Positions 19,642-29,308 of a stretch of DNA of 60,108 nt are shown here, in pieces; positions within the stretch are counted from its first letter, which is position 1; every line of letters begins with the position of its first letter. The notes below the pieces were generated by a model. That model did not search any database and was not told the origin of the DNA. It saw only the letters and a program-made list of their open reading frames with translations. The translations under genes were made by a program, and so were the position numbers. The stretch comes from a virus (lineage: Duplodnaviria; Caudoviricetes), in the IMG/VR virus record IMGVR_UViG_3300044957_000926, positions 1 to 60,108 of that record, one strand, 5' to 3'.

Positions 19642-20004
19642 TTAAATTTGACTATAACAAACGTCAGCAACTCCTTGACCTGGGTTAGCAATTGAAGAAA
19701 AAGCACCATAAGACAAGTCAAGAGATCTTCCGCCCACATAAGGTCCTCGATCATTTACTCTCACAGTCACAGATTTACCATTTTGTTGATTGGTCACACG
19801 CAATCTAGTGCCAAAGGGTAACCATTTGTGAGCTACGGAATTGCCATATGCATTGTACGTTTCACCGTTGGCAGTGGTTCTACCATGATACCCATCACCA
19901 ACTCCATAATGAGATGCAAGTGTACAAGAACTTGCTGCTTTTGCTGTTACGGGTGCCAATCCGACGAGACCAAAAGCCATAATTGAAAGTGTTTTAAAAA
20001 GCAT
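19642..20004 (-). CDS. rlpA: RlpA-like lytic transglycosylase (DPBB fold) with signal peptide
   Basis: ASHYG..G..TANGE, AHKWLPFGT, VRVNDRGPY, DLS; hydrophobic N-terminus from ATG 20004. Confidence 0.9.
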   Translation of the reverse strand: MLFKTLSIMAFGLVGLAPVTAKAASSCTLASHYGVGDGYHGRTTANGETYNAYGNSVAHKWLPFGTRLRVTNQQNGKSVTVRVNDRGPYVGGRSLDLSYGAFSSIANPGQGVADVCYSQI

Positions 20005-20014
20005 TAAATTTGAT

Positions 20015-20124
20015 TGAACTCTACATCCCAATAAAGAAAGCGCACGTCCCCCTTCTCAAGGGGCAATCTCCTGGGCTCTAAATGATAGTAGTCAAATTTT
20101 TCATAATAAAAAAGGCTACTATCA
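20015..20124 (-). ncRNA. Candidate structured RNA between tRNA-Val and rlpA
   Basis: 9-bp hairpin TGATAGTAG/CTACTATCA, then nested stems GAGC/GTTC, CCCAG/TTGGG and CCCCTT-GAGA-AGGGGG. Confidence 0.5.
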
Positions 20125-20125
20125 A

Positions 20126-20197
20126 TGGGTGATGACGGATTCGAACCGCCAACCTACTCCGTGTAAAGGAGGTACTCTACCGTTGAGTTAATCGCCC
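20126..20197 (-). tRNA. trnV: tRNA-Val(UAC)
   Basis: GGGCGAT..ACTCAACGGTAGAGT..CCTCC-TTTACAC-GGAGT..GGCGG-TTCGAAT-CCGTC-ATCACCCA; two stem mismatches. Confidence 0.9.
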
Positions 20198-20632
20198 GAA
20201 ATGATAATAGTCTTTACTGCCCCAAATCATTTTATTATCTATATATCCCGCATCACGGGTTAAGTATTCCCCTTGTTTTAGTTTAAACTCTGAATGGAGG
20301 ACTGCACCACGAATGATACAGTCCTTTCCAATGTTTTTACCTAGAAATTGTCCTTCCGAAAATGTAACCACAAGATCACATTTTTTATTTCGAGTACCAT
20401 CAATTTCCCAACTCTGTATAATAATTTCAGATTCTGTTTCAATAAAAGTTTTAATATTTTCTCGGTATGGTTTTTGTTCTCCTTCATAGTGATACCATGA
20501 TTTAGACAAGTACTTACCATCTCCGACATCTTCCCAAGAATTTAAAATCCAGGCATATTTAGATGGGTTACTGTATGCTTGATCTTTGTTTGACCATCGA
20601 CCAAGCAGGTAACTTAAGAACTCCGTAATCAT
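20177..20632 (-). CDS. cpeT: CpeT/CpcT-like phycobiliprotein lyase
   Basis: 151 aa; G.WSNK.QA.SNP, PYR, CD, WGS...Y.F motifs; stop codon inside tRNA-Val. Confidence 0.85.
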   Translation of the reverse strand: MITEFLSYLLGRWSNKDQAYSNPSKYAWILNSWEDVGDGKYLSKSWYHYEGEQKPYRENIKTFIETESEIIIQSWEIDGTRNKKCDLVVTFSEGQFLGKNIGKDCIIRGAVLHSEFKLKQGEYLTRDAGYIDNKMIWGSKDYYHFGRLTQR

Positions 20633-20656
20633 AGCAGAAAGGTGTCAAGTTGTCAA
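20628..20656 (-). promoter_or_regulatory. sigma70-type promoter whose -10 box contains the cpeT ATG
   Basis: TTGACA(20656..20651)-17 nt-TATGAT(20633..20628), extended TG. Confidence 0.7.
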
Positions 20657-20689
20657 ACGTCGTATGTAAATAAATGTGTTATTATTTAG

Positions 20690-22117
20690 TTACTTAGGAA
20701 TGGATGATCCTAAAGAATCTTTAACAAGAACTAAATCGGAAAACATTACGTTACCATTTAATTGTTGTCTAACGCCAGCAATAACATACAAACCACTATA
20801 AATTGTGTCAAGTTCTATTTTTCCTTCATCTGGTATTTGTCTTGGTATTTCAACAGTGATTGGATTTCCGACATGCATAGCTGCATTACCAGCAATTCTA
20901 ATACTCAATTTAATTGAAGAAAAAGTAGTTTTTCTTGCATGAGTATATACAGAAACTTCTTTTGCTCTTACTGGATTTGAACCAGATTCCAACGTTGGAG
21001 TTTTTTCATTAGGGTCATCAAAAGCATGTATCATATCTGCTTTCATTCTATTTCTTCTAGTTGCTCTAAAAGTATAATCCTCCTTATTATTTTCATATGG
21101 ACTTATTGATCCCAAATGTGACTGTTTTGCATATAAATTTGCAAAATCTCCTGCTGTGCCTGAAGTTAAAGAAAAATATATTCCACTGTAAGGTGCTTGT
21201 TTGTTACCTTTAGGTTTATTGAATTGACTGTTAGGTATGACATCTAATGCTAATGAAGTAAATAGACCCGCATAAGATCCATTTCTAACTGGTTCTGTCA
21301 GATTAAATACATCAGGATATTGAATACTTTCAATAATTCCATAATCTTTAACTGTAGAATCATCAGAAGATTTTTTTGGTTGATATTTATAATACCAAGA
21401 TTTTATTTTATTTCCATTTCGGTCAGTATATTCTTTAAAATTTTTACAATCTTCTACAATTTTATCGAAGGATTTAAAATAAAATCCATCAAAATTTTCA
21501 TAGAAAATAAATCCACTTTGAAAGGATGCCCCTGATGATGGATTGTTGCGAACCGCCTTACTTCCTAACCAATTAACAGCATCAAATGCTCTCATTCCAG
21601 GTATCACACATTGAAATTTATCTTTAGTATCTTCAATTTCTAATTTTTTGTTACGACTAAGTATATTAATACCTTTTGAAGTTTGTTTTGTACTCTTATC
21701 ACCAGATTGTGGTCCGCTAGTAAGAATTTCCTTTATGATTTCAGATACTTTTTTATTTTTATATGAACCAAAAATATATGATAGTTCATTGATCATACAT
21801 TCTTGAGAGATACATTCGATATTATATCTTGCTTTTTGATGCAATTTAACGATTGGTCCAACTCTATAAACTTTAAATATATATGATTTTTTTTGTCCCA
21901 GATCTGGTAAAGTATATTCTATTTGCAATAATTCATTTCCAGTTAATTTAGTATATGTACTGATAGCATCTTCAACAGTTACTGTACATCTTATGGCAGG
22001 AAAATCGATACTTTCAACGATACTAATTTCGGAAACCATCTGACCAAAATCAGCACCCTCTTTGCCAGATACAGGATTGACAAGTTTTACGGATTGTAAT
22101 TTATATTTTGTGCTCAT
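20690..22117 (-). CDS. Baseplate hub / tail protein (gp27-like)
   Basis: Start moved to ATG 22117 (ATGA overlap); I.ESI..P, F.FYENFDGFYFKS and GN...G..I....P...D..YSG.Y.I motifs. Confidence 0.7.
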   Translation of the reverse strand: MSTKYKLQSVKLVNPVSGKEGADFGQMVSEISIVESIDFPAIRCTVTVEDAISTYTKLTGNELLQIEYTLPDLGQKKSYIFKVYRVGPIVKLHQKARYNIECISQECMINELSYIFGSYKNKKVSEIIKEILTSGPQSGDKSTKQTSKGINILSRNKKLEIEDTKDKFQCVIPGMRAFDAVNWLGSKAVRNNPSSGASFQSGFIFYENFDGFYFKSFDKIVEDCKNFKEYTDRNGNKIKSWYYKYQPKKSSDDSTVKDYGIIESIQYPDVFNLTEPVRNGSYAGLFTSLALDVIPNSQFNKPKGNKQAPYSGIYFSLTSGTAGDFANLYAKQSHLGSISPYENNKEDYTFRATRRNRMKADMIHAFDDPNEKTPTLESGSNPVRAKEVSVYTHARKTTFSSIKLSIRIAGNAAMHVGNPITVEIPRQIPDEGKIELDTIYSGLYVIAGVRQQLNGNVMFSDLVLVKDSLGSSIPK

Positions 22118-25100
22118 TGTAGTAATGATAGTGATGGTTGATATAATGATGTAGTAGGTGCCCAAGCAACTTCAATAGGAATTGTAGTTACTTTACCAGG
22201 CATAAAAATTGGTTGCGGGGGAGCTCCCCGATTTTCTTTAGTTGCTGCTTTAACCTTCGCCTTTGCATTATCCATTGCCTTTCCTGCAGATGCTGCTGCT
22301 TTTTCTTTTGCTGCTTTTATAGCATTTGTCTTTGCTTTATCCGTAGATTCGGTTGCATCAGCAACACTAGTATCTGATGGTGCGTATCCAAGAGATACAT
22401 GTAATTTCTTGATTGCTTCTTCAAGAACTTGAAAAGGATCACCCTGCTCCTGTTGCTCACCATCTAATTTAATTGGGTTTTCTGGAGTTTCTTCAGTCCC
22501 AGGTTGGGCACCTTTGACTGGTTTACCACCAATAGTAATATCGTTAAGTGCTCCAGTTTTAAGTGGGTCGAAAGATCCCTCTTGACCAAAACTTAACCTG
22601 CTTCTATGTTCATAATGTAAGTGTGGACCAGTACCAATGCCAGTGTTACCTAAAGTACCAATCTTAGTTCCAGGTTGAATAACATCCCCCTTTTTGACAA
22701 GGAAACCATCTAGGTGTGCAAAACGAAGAACTTTACTAGGGCTAACTTGAAGATCGACAGTATTACCATAACCACTATAAGTTGATGCATATAAAACTTT
22801 ACCCCCAGTCAAAGAAGTAATAGGAGTACCGACAGGAACACCAGCAAGATCGATGCCAGCATGGAATCTGCCCCAGCGGGGTCCATACAACGATGTAATA
22901 ACAGCACCACCAGAAGTCGCAGTTTGCAATCCTTTATCACCAGAACCTTTATTGTCTTTAACTTTAGTCTTGTCTTTAACTGCACCACCTTTAGCATATC
23001 CAGGAAGAGCATATCCTCCCTGCTTTGCTTGACGCATTCTAGATCCTGTCAGTCCAGGATTATTTCTAGTTGCTGGTGTATCAAATGGAACTACGAATGC
23101 ACCACCAGAGGCAGCTTTCATTCCTACCCATTCTGTTCCATGACCAATAAAAGCAGTTGATCCTCCACCATCTAAAGATACTGGATACCCAGACATAGGA
23201 CCACTAATCCATCCTCCCCTTGCTTTTGATGGCGTAGATTCTTTTGATGGCGTAGATGTATTTGGTGTAATTGTGGGTCCATATTTACCGTCAGTTGGTT
23301 TTTCCCATTTATCTGGAGTGTTTCCAGCTCTTCCTGTTTTCTTTCCTCTAACTTTGAGAATAGAACCCATGGCATAATTAAAATAACCAACAGGAGTTTG
23401 ATCACCACCAAACATTCCTTGTAATATTTTTACTTCACCTGTTTTCAAATCTCTAACTAATACTCCCTTTAAAGATTTGGAATCAATCAATCCAGATGAA
23501 GTTATATCAGTAAGAGGATCTCCTGGGTTTTTCCACATAAAGACATCACCAGATTCATTGTACCAATACTGCCTATTTCCATTCTTTACTGGCAATAAAC
23601 CAGCTCCGGGGGAAGACTCTGAGGCTTTTTTATCAGTTGCTTTTATAGTAGTTCCCTGTACCCCTTTCAATGACCCATCTTCTCTTAGTCCGTCTGCCTT
23701 TTGTAAGGTTGCTTTAGCGGTATTAGTAGGTCCACCAGAAGCTCCACCACCTTGAGCACCAGAAGTAACTTTGGGGGTATCACCTTGCCCTGGTGGCGGC
23801 GACGTTGGTGTAGGCGTTGTTGTAGGCGTTGATTTTTGTGTTGGTGTTGAACCACCTACTTTATTACCAATAACATGAACTGCAGCAATCATATTGCTAA
23901 GCAATCCTAAGACAGAAGTATCAGCTACTTTTTTAAATTTTTTAGAATCTTCAATTACTACTTTACCCTTACCAAAAATTTTAGATATATCTCCCTTACC
24001 CTTACCACCTTTACCTTGATCTTGTGGTTTAGAACCAATTTGAGTCTTAGCAGTTAGTGTTTTAACTAATGATGGAGGAACCCCGAAACTATTAGCAATT
24101 GGAGTAATAATATTACTCAAAATAGGAGTTAGCGCCTGTCCTGCAGGACCTATACTACTGACAATTTGAGATATATTAGCTAAGATACCAGCACCGATTC
24201 CTCGAAATGGTGCCATAAACAAATCTGATAATTTTTTTGCTTGCTTGCTATCGCCACTACCCGTAAACATTCCACCAAGAGACGATAGTGGTTTGATACC
24301 AGAGTTTTGCATTGCCTTAGCATTGCTTAAAGGCATACGAACTTCTGGTCCAGCCTCACCTATTAATGCTGATGTTGGGCGGGTTGCAACACCGCCCATA
24401 GCAAGTTTAGCTAATCCAGTATCTCCGCCACCGCTTCCTCCTCCAGTTCCATCAGTGCCTCCAGTGCCTCCAGAAACACTTCCAGGAGCAGATGAGAACT
24501 CATCTGGCCCACTTGCCATCTGAGCACCAACAACAACAGGAACTGCAATTGCAGAGGCAGCTGCTATTCCTTTTGCTATTCCTCCAAATCTTCCCCCTTT
24601 AGCACCTTTCGCACTTTGATCTGCAGACCACGATGCAAATCCACCAGCAGCTCCTTTTGTGGCACCACCAGCAGATCGTTTTGCTAAACTAAGTTTAGTT
24701 TTAAATAAATTTGCCCATAATGTTGTAAGTACCCAGTGAACACCTTTCAAAACTAATCCGGGTTTTTTAAGAATTAATGATGCTCCTAATATAGTTCCAA
24801 ATCCAGCAACAAAAGTAACAAAACCACCTATTTTTTCAAATATATTTTTCTTGCCGTCCAACATAGTGGCAAGACCATCTAACATTTTAGTGACACCGCT
24901 ACTCAAAAGTTTAGCAAAGAAACTAATCACATTCCAAATTGCTTGGACAACTGTAGTAAGTTTTTGTATATTTGCAGGATTGCCAATCCATCTCAAAATA
25001 GATTGTGTCAATACAAATTTCATCAATGCTCCACCAAGTAAAGCAAGACCCTGCAAAAATCCAATTGCTACTCGTTCTACTGCTTTACCGATAGCAGCAA

Positions 25101-25401
25101 ATCCACTAAATCCTTTTTTTGCTACCTTATTTTTTTCTTCCTTTTCTTTCTGGAATCTTTTTTTTTCTTCCTCAAATTCTTTATCTTTGAGTTTCAAATT
25201 TATTATCAACGCATCTCTTATTTGCTTATTGACAACTATTGTTGAGTTAATAGTTCCACCAATTCTGTTGAGACCAGTTGTAAAAGCACGATATGATAGT
25301 TGAGTTGATTTTATAGCAGCATCTTTAGATCCTCCGCCAGCAGGCAAAGAGACCATCTTATACATTGTAATTTTTGAACTTTTTAAACCTGTTACTGCCA
25401 T
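22114..25401 (-). CDS. Tape-measure-like tail protein with M23 peptidase domain
   Basis: 1095 aa; helical/hydrophobic N-half, AMGG..IGEAGPE motif, M23 motifs HAGID and GPHLHYE. Confidence 0.8.
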   Translation of the reverse strand: MAVTGLKSSKITMYKMVSLPAGGGSKDAAIKSTQLSYRAFTTGLNRIGGTINSTIVVNKQIRDALIINLKLKDKEFEEEKKRFQKEKEEKNKVAKKGFSGFAAIGKAVERVAIGFLQGLALLGGALMKFVLTQSILRWIGNPANIQKLTTVVQAIWNVISFFAKLLSSGVTKMLDGLATMLDGKKNIFEKIGGFVTFVAGFGTILGASLILKKPGLVLKGVHWVLTTLWANLFKTKLSLAKRSAGGATKGAAGGFASWSADQSAKGAKGGRFGGIAKGIAAASAIAVPVVVGAQMASGPDEFSSAPGSVSGGTGGTDGTGGGSGGGDTGLAKLAMGGVATRPTSALIGEAGPEVRMPLSNAKAMQNSGIKPLSSLGGMFTGSGDSKQAKKLSDLFMAPFRGIGAGILANISQIVSSIGPAGQALTPILSNIITPIANSFGVPPSLVKTLTAKTQIGSKPQDQGKGGKGKGDISKIFGKGKVVIEDSKKFKKVADTSVLGLLSNMIAAVHVIGNKVGGSTPTQKSTPTTTPTPTSPPPGQGDTPKVTSGAQGGGASGGPTNTAKATLQKADGLREDGSLKGVQGTTIKATDKKASESSPGAGLLPVKNGNRQYWYNESGDVFMWKNPGDPLTDITSSGLIDSKSLKGVLVRDLKTGEVKILQGMFGGDQTPVGYFNYAMGSILKVRGKKTGRAGNTPDKWEKPTDGKYGPTITPNTSTPSKESTPSKARGGWISGPMSGYPVSLDGGGSTAFIGHGTEWVGMKAASGGAFVVPFDTPATRNNPGLTGSRMRQAKQGGYALPGYAKGGAVKDKTKVKDNKGSGDKGLQTATSGGAVITSLYGPRWGRFHAGIDLAGVPVGTPITSLTGGKVLYASTYSGYGNTVDLQVSPSKVLRFAHLDGFLVKKGDVIQPGTKIGTLGNTGIGTGPHLHYEHRSRLSFGQEGSFDPLKTGALNDITIGGKPVKGAQPGTEETPENPIKLDGEQQEQGDPFQVLEEAIKKLHVSLGYAPSDTSVADATESTDKAKTNAIKAAKEKAAASAGKAMDNAKAKVKAATKENRGAPPQPIFMPGKVTTIPIEVAWAPTTSLYQPSLSLLQ

Positions 25402-25404
25402 TTA

Positions 25405-28400
25405 TCAGATCGCAATGGTGATGATTGGTTTTCCATAAAACACCTGAGTAGAGGCAGCAGATTGTGAAGCTCCACTATTCATATTTATTGGTATAGGCAT
25501 AGGTAAAATACTATTTGCTTCTTCTGTTAATGATCTAATATTTTCTAATTGCTGTACTTGCTTAGACCTATAATTAATAGTACTTGATTTTGCTGCAGGA
25601 ACTGGAGCAGATACAGGAGTTGCTTTTACTTTTGCTTTTTGTGGTGTTGGTTTTAAACTATCTTCAGAAACAGGTGGTGTAGTATATCCAAGAGAAGTTT
25701 TCAATCCGCTAATTGCTCTCTCAAGTATCTCGAATGGATCTTCTTCTGGTTCTTCTTTAGCTGCTCCTGATGATCCTGATGATGATCCTGATGATGATCC
25801 TGATGATGGTCCTGATGATGATCCAGATTCATTTATTATTGTTGAATCTCCACCCATAAAACCTTTAGCCATAGCACGAAGTTTATTTCCACCGCTACCA
25901 TCTGGCTCTCCCTTTTGCAATTGCCAAAGATCCCATCGCTCACCAGTTCCTCCCCATCCCCGTGGACCATAATTCTCATGAGGGGCAGTTCCATCTTTAT
26001 TTGATGCTGCTTCTGCATGAGTCATAACATTTTTTATGTTAATATCATTTGGTTTCCAGTTCCAACTTTTTGCGATATTTGCGATTTCTTTAGCCATATT
26101 TGTAATCTGTATCGGTTTTGGAGGCATACTCCATGGGTCAGGGTTACCACCCATAGCAGCAATACTTAATCCAACACCAGATTTATTTCTGGAATAAGTA
26201 TGACCAGGAGATCTGGAAGCATAGTCATGAAGTCTAGCAACGGTTCCATCACCTTGTATAATTGAATGATAGAAACCTGGTTGCTTAAAATGATATCCAC
26301 TGGCGGTCCAATGCAGAAATATTTTTCCTCCCTTAGCAAATTTTAAATTCTCTTCCTTCAAAATCATCTTATTTTCGCTCAAAGGTCCATTTCCAGATCT
26401 GCGTTTAGTTACCAAACCGCCTTTTGCCATTGGAATTCCAAATTCGGACTTCTTTTTATCAATTCTTTTTCCTAATTCATCGATAGTCAATTTACCATCA
26501 TTATTCATATCCAATCCACGATTACTAGAGTACCACCGTCTTGATTGTGGGTAACCAGCGGGTTCAGTTCCAGACCTATTCGCAATTACAAAATTAGCGG
26601 GTTTACTAACAAAAGCGGGCAAAAATACTGCTGTATATAAATGACCTGCAGTAGCACCTTGGGGAAGCTTCCAGTACTGCAAATATTTTTTGACATATTC
26701 CATTTGCTGTACTCTTGTCATTTTTCTTAGTGCTGCTTGAGTAGTTCCTACAGTTCTAGCTGAATCAGAACTAAATTGAATCAAACCCACATGAGTTCCG
26801 TTGGTTGCGGCGGGATTTAATCCAGATTCAGATGCCATCAATCCAAGAAGATCATTTGAACGAATATTAAAATGTTTTGCAACATCATTTACAGCATTTG
26901 CAAATTCTGGGTCTTTTTTCCATGCTGTAGCTTCGTATGAATTTGGACCTTCAGATCCACCACCTCCGCCATCGCCGGCAGTGGCACCACCGCCGCCTCC
27001 ACCGTCACCACCTCCGCCACTGCTAAGGTTTTTCTCACTCAACCAAATTAAAGAACTAAGAACGTTAGCAAGTTGCCCTCTTAATGTTGTTGCTTTGTTT
27101 TGTGGATTTTTTTTATCATTAATAATAACAGAATCTTTTCCAAGGATTAGAGAAATATCATCACCAGCATCAATTTCAAGGGATCCTTCCCTGATACCTT
27201 TATTAACAGATTTACCTAAGGTATCTCCTCCACCTCCCGCAACTGCTTGAACACCAAACATATTCTCAGCATCTTTAATAGTATTACCAACTAAGGACCT
27301 TGCTACCTCACCCGGAGCACCCATTCTCTTTAGTGCAGAATCTAATCCCCCCGCTAATGTCCCTGCCGTACCACCAAGAGAATTTAATTTTCCAAGAGGA
27401 ATAACTGCTTCTGGACCATTCTCACCAAGGCCAGCGATAGTTGGTTTATTGACAATACCACCCTCAGCAAGCATAGGAATTTTTGGTAGAGAATCTTGAA
27501 TAGATTTAAGTGGTCTCATGATGCCACCAATAATCGTATCAAGGAAATCATTTTCCTTCTTAATTACATCAGGAAAAAAGTCTCTACCAAATAGATATGC
27601 ATCCAAGCCCATAGAGATAAATGGACCAGGAACAAAACCAAAAAGTCCTGATAAATCTAAAATAGCAGATAATGCTTCAAGAGCAGCACCAGACTTATCT
27701 CCACGCTTTAACCTATCATATGCAAAATATAAGTTTACCAATCCACCGATAATTGGAATTGCCTTTCCACCTATCTTCTTAAGCATTTCTTGTCCGCCTT
27801 CTTCAGACACCTTCTTCATTACCTTATCATATCCTGGAATCTTAGTAATAGCATCTTTGGCAGTTTCACCTGCTTTCTTTGCAGCAGAAATTATACCTTT
27901 CTTTTCCAATAAGTCGTAGGCACCTTTAGCAATTGGTGTTAATTTGCTACTAACACCATCTTGAAACCACTTAGTAGATGATGCTAGAGTATTCCTAACA
28001 CCTTTAGAGACACTGCCCCCAAGCATTTTAACATTCTCCCACCCCTTCATAAATCCAGTCTTCACATTGGATAATCCAGTCTTCACATTGTCCAATCCAC
28101 CAGTTAATCTCTTTTTCCATGAATCAAATAGATCACCAGTCTTACCAAGAAGTGTTTTTGGTTTTGGTGGTATTAATTTAAATCTGCCTCTTACAGCTTT
28201 AAGAGCCTGAGCAGGACTTTTACCTCTACTAATTAGATCGTCATAATATCTTGCAGCATCAGCACCATATTTTTCTGCAATCTTTTGAGTTGATGCTTTT
28301 GGTTTTGCTGTGGGTGAAGGCGATGAAGATCCTCCTCCACTGCCGGCGCGGGCAGAAAGACCATCAATCAAATTAAGTATATCGCTAATAAGACTAAAAG

Positions 28401-29106
28401 GATTCAACAAATATCCAAGTGCTTTGAATCCAGCAATACCAATTAATAAAGTTCCAAGTCCACCTAAAACTTCACCAAATCTATCAAGTCCTTTCTTATC
28501 ACTACTTCCAAATACCTTTGCAAATCCTGTCATTACAGCATCAAAAGATTTGTATGCTATGTTATATGACCATTTAAATATTGTTCCTATTGCTTTAACA
28601 AAAGTTACTACCTTATCGATATTCTTTGGATCACCAATCCATCTAAGAACACCTTGAGTAATAATAAATCTACCAACAAAAGATATAATTCCTTCAAAAG
28701 GTTTGAATAATTTTTCGATCCAACTAAGTTTTTTCTTAACTTTATCGTTCTTTACTACTTCTTTACTAGCACCTTCCTGTTGCTTCTTATCAAATGATTC
28801 TGACTGTGCTTCTGATTTTTGATCTTTACGATATGACTCTTTTACTTTATTAAGTTTCTGCATGTTCTGCAGATACTTATTTTCATAAACTATGATGTCA
28901 CGAATTTGTTGTTGTGTTTTTCCTAATCCCTCCATCGCCATACCAATGCGATTGAGAGCAAGTACTGTTACACGAGCAGATTTTACTTGTGTTGATGCAC
29001 CACCAGCAATTTTCTTCCCTCCGACAATAAGTGTTGCTCCACCGCCAGAAGAGATTGATGATGGATTAACAAACTTATATGGTTTAATTATGCTGGTAAA
29101 TGCCAT
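25405..29106 (-). CDS. Tape-measure-like tail protein with lytic transglycosylase and amidase domains
   Basis: 1233 aa; AEGG..GENGPEAVIPL; SLT-like ESGLNP..GLIQF; Zn amidase-like FLHWTA..YH..HT..THAE. Confidence 0.8.
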   Translation of the reverse strand: MAFTSIIKPYKFVNPSSISSGGGATLIVGGKKIAGGASTQVKSARVTVLALNRIGMAMEGLGKTQQQIRDIIVYENKYLQNMQKLNKVKESYRKDQKSEAQSESFDKKQQEGASKEVVKNDKVKKKLSWIEKLFKPFEGIISFVGRFIITQGVLRWIGDPKNIDKVVTFVKAIGTIFKWSYNIAYKSFDAVMTGFAKVFGSSDKKGLDRFGEVLGGLGTLLIGIAGFKALGYLLNPFSLISDILNLIDGLSARAGSGGGSSSPSPTAKPKASTQKIAEKYGADAARYYDDLISRGKSPAQALKAVRGRFKLIPPKPKTLLGKTGDLFDSWKKRLTGGLDNVKTGLSNVKTGFMKGWENVKMLGGSVSKGVRNTLASSTKWFQDGVSSKLTPIAKGAYDLLEKKGIISAAKKAGETAKDAITKIPGYDKVMKKVSEEGGQEMLKKIGGKAIPIIGGLVNLYFAYDRLKRGDKSGAALEALSAILDLSGLFGFVPGPFISMGLDAYLFGRDFFPDVIKKENDFLDTIIGGIMRPLKSIQDSLPKIPMLAEGGIVNKPTIAGLGENGPEAVIPLGKLNSLGGTAGTLAGGLDSALKRMGAPGEVARSLVGNTIKDAENMFGVQAVAGGGGDTLGKSVNKGIREGSLEIDAGDDISLILGKDSVIINDKKNPQNKATTLRGQLANVLSSLIWLSEKNLSSGGGGDGGGGGGATAGDGGGGGSEGPNSYEATAWKKDPEFANAVNDVAKHFNIRSNDLLGLMASESGLNPAATNGTHVGLIQFSSDSARTVGTTQAALRKMTRVQQMEYVKKYLQYWKLPQGATAGHLYTAVFLPAFVSKPANFVIANRSGTEPAGYPQSRRWYSSNRGLDMNNDGKLTIDELGKRIDKKKSEFGIPMAKGGLVTKRRSGNGPLSENKMILKEENLKFAKGGKIFLHWTASGYHFKQPGFYHSIIQGDGTVARLHDYASRSPGHTYSRNKSGVGLSIAAMGGNPDPWSMPPKPIQITNMAKEIANIAKSWNWKPNDINIKNVMTHAEAASNKDGTAPHENYGPRGWGGTGERWDLWQLQKGEPDGSGGNKLRAMAKGFMGGDSTIINESGSSSGPSSGSSSGSSSGSSGAAKEEPEEDPFEILERAISGLKTSLGYTTPPVSEDSLKPTPQKAKVKATPVSAPVPAAKSSTINYRSKQVQQLENIRSLTEEANSILPMPIPINMNSGASQSAASTQVFYGKPIITIAI
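25765..25827. repeat. 12-bp tandem repeat encoding an (SSSG)n linker
   Basis: About five copies of CCTGATGATGAT on the plus strand. Confidence 0.75.
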
Positions 29107-29258
29107 TAGAGACTTTGCCTACCCTGTGCTGCTTTTTGTTGTTCTTGATATTTTTGTTTTTGATCGTCAAGATGTCCAAGAAGTTTATTAACATAAAAAT
29201 CCTTTTCCCAAGGAATCATGTTTTCAAGGTCCGAATAAGACCATTTATGATGATGCAT
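29106..29258 (-). CDS. gp51: gp51-like baseplate hub assembly protein (absent from ORF track; probably the -1 frameshift extension of gp26)
   Basis: MHHHKWSYSDLENMIPWEKDFYV...; frame stays open upstream to 29321; TAATG overlap with the next gene. Confidence 0.8.
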   Translation of the reverse strand: MHHHKWSYSDLENMIPWEKDFYVNKLLGHLDDQKQKYQEQQKAAQGRQSL

Positions 29259-29308
29259 TAATGCAAAATTAGTTTCTAGATGATTCTCTAGGGTAGCATG
29301 GAGTAGGG

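Noticed and set aside
20015-20124. HDV-like (theta) ribozyme behind tRNA-Val
   Set aside because: I could not build the nested double pseudoknot by eye; kept only as an unassigned structured RNA.
22861-29191. Many 90-150-aa plus-strand ORFs opposite the tail genes
   Set aside because: Pro/Ser-rich mirror translations of Gly/Ala-rich minus-strand genes.
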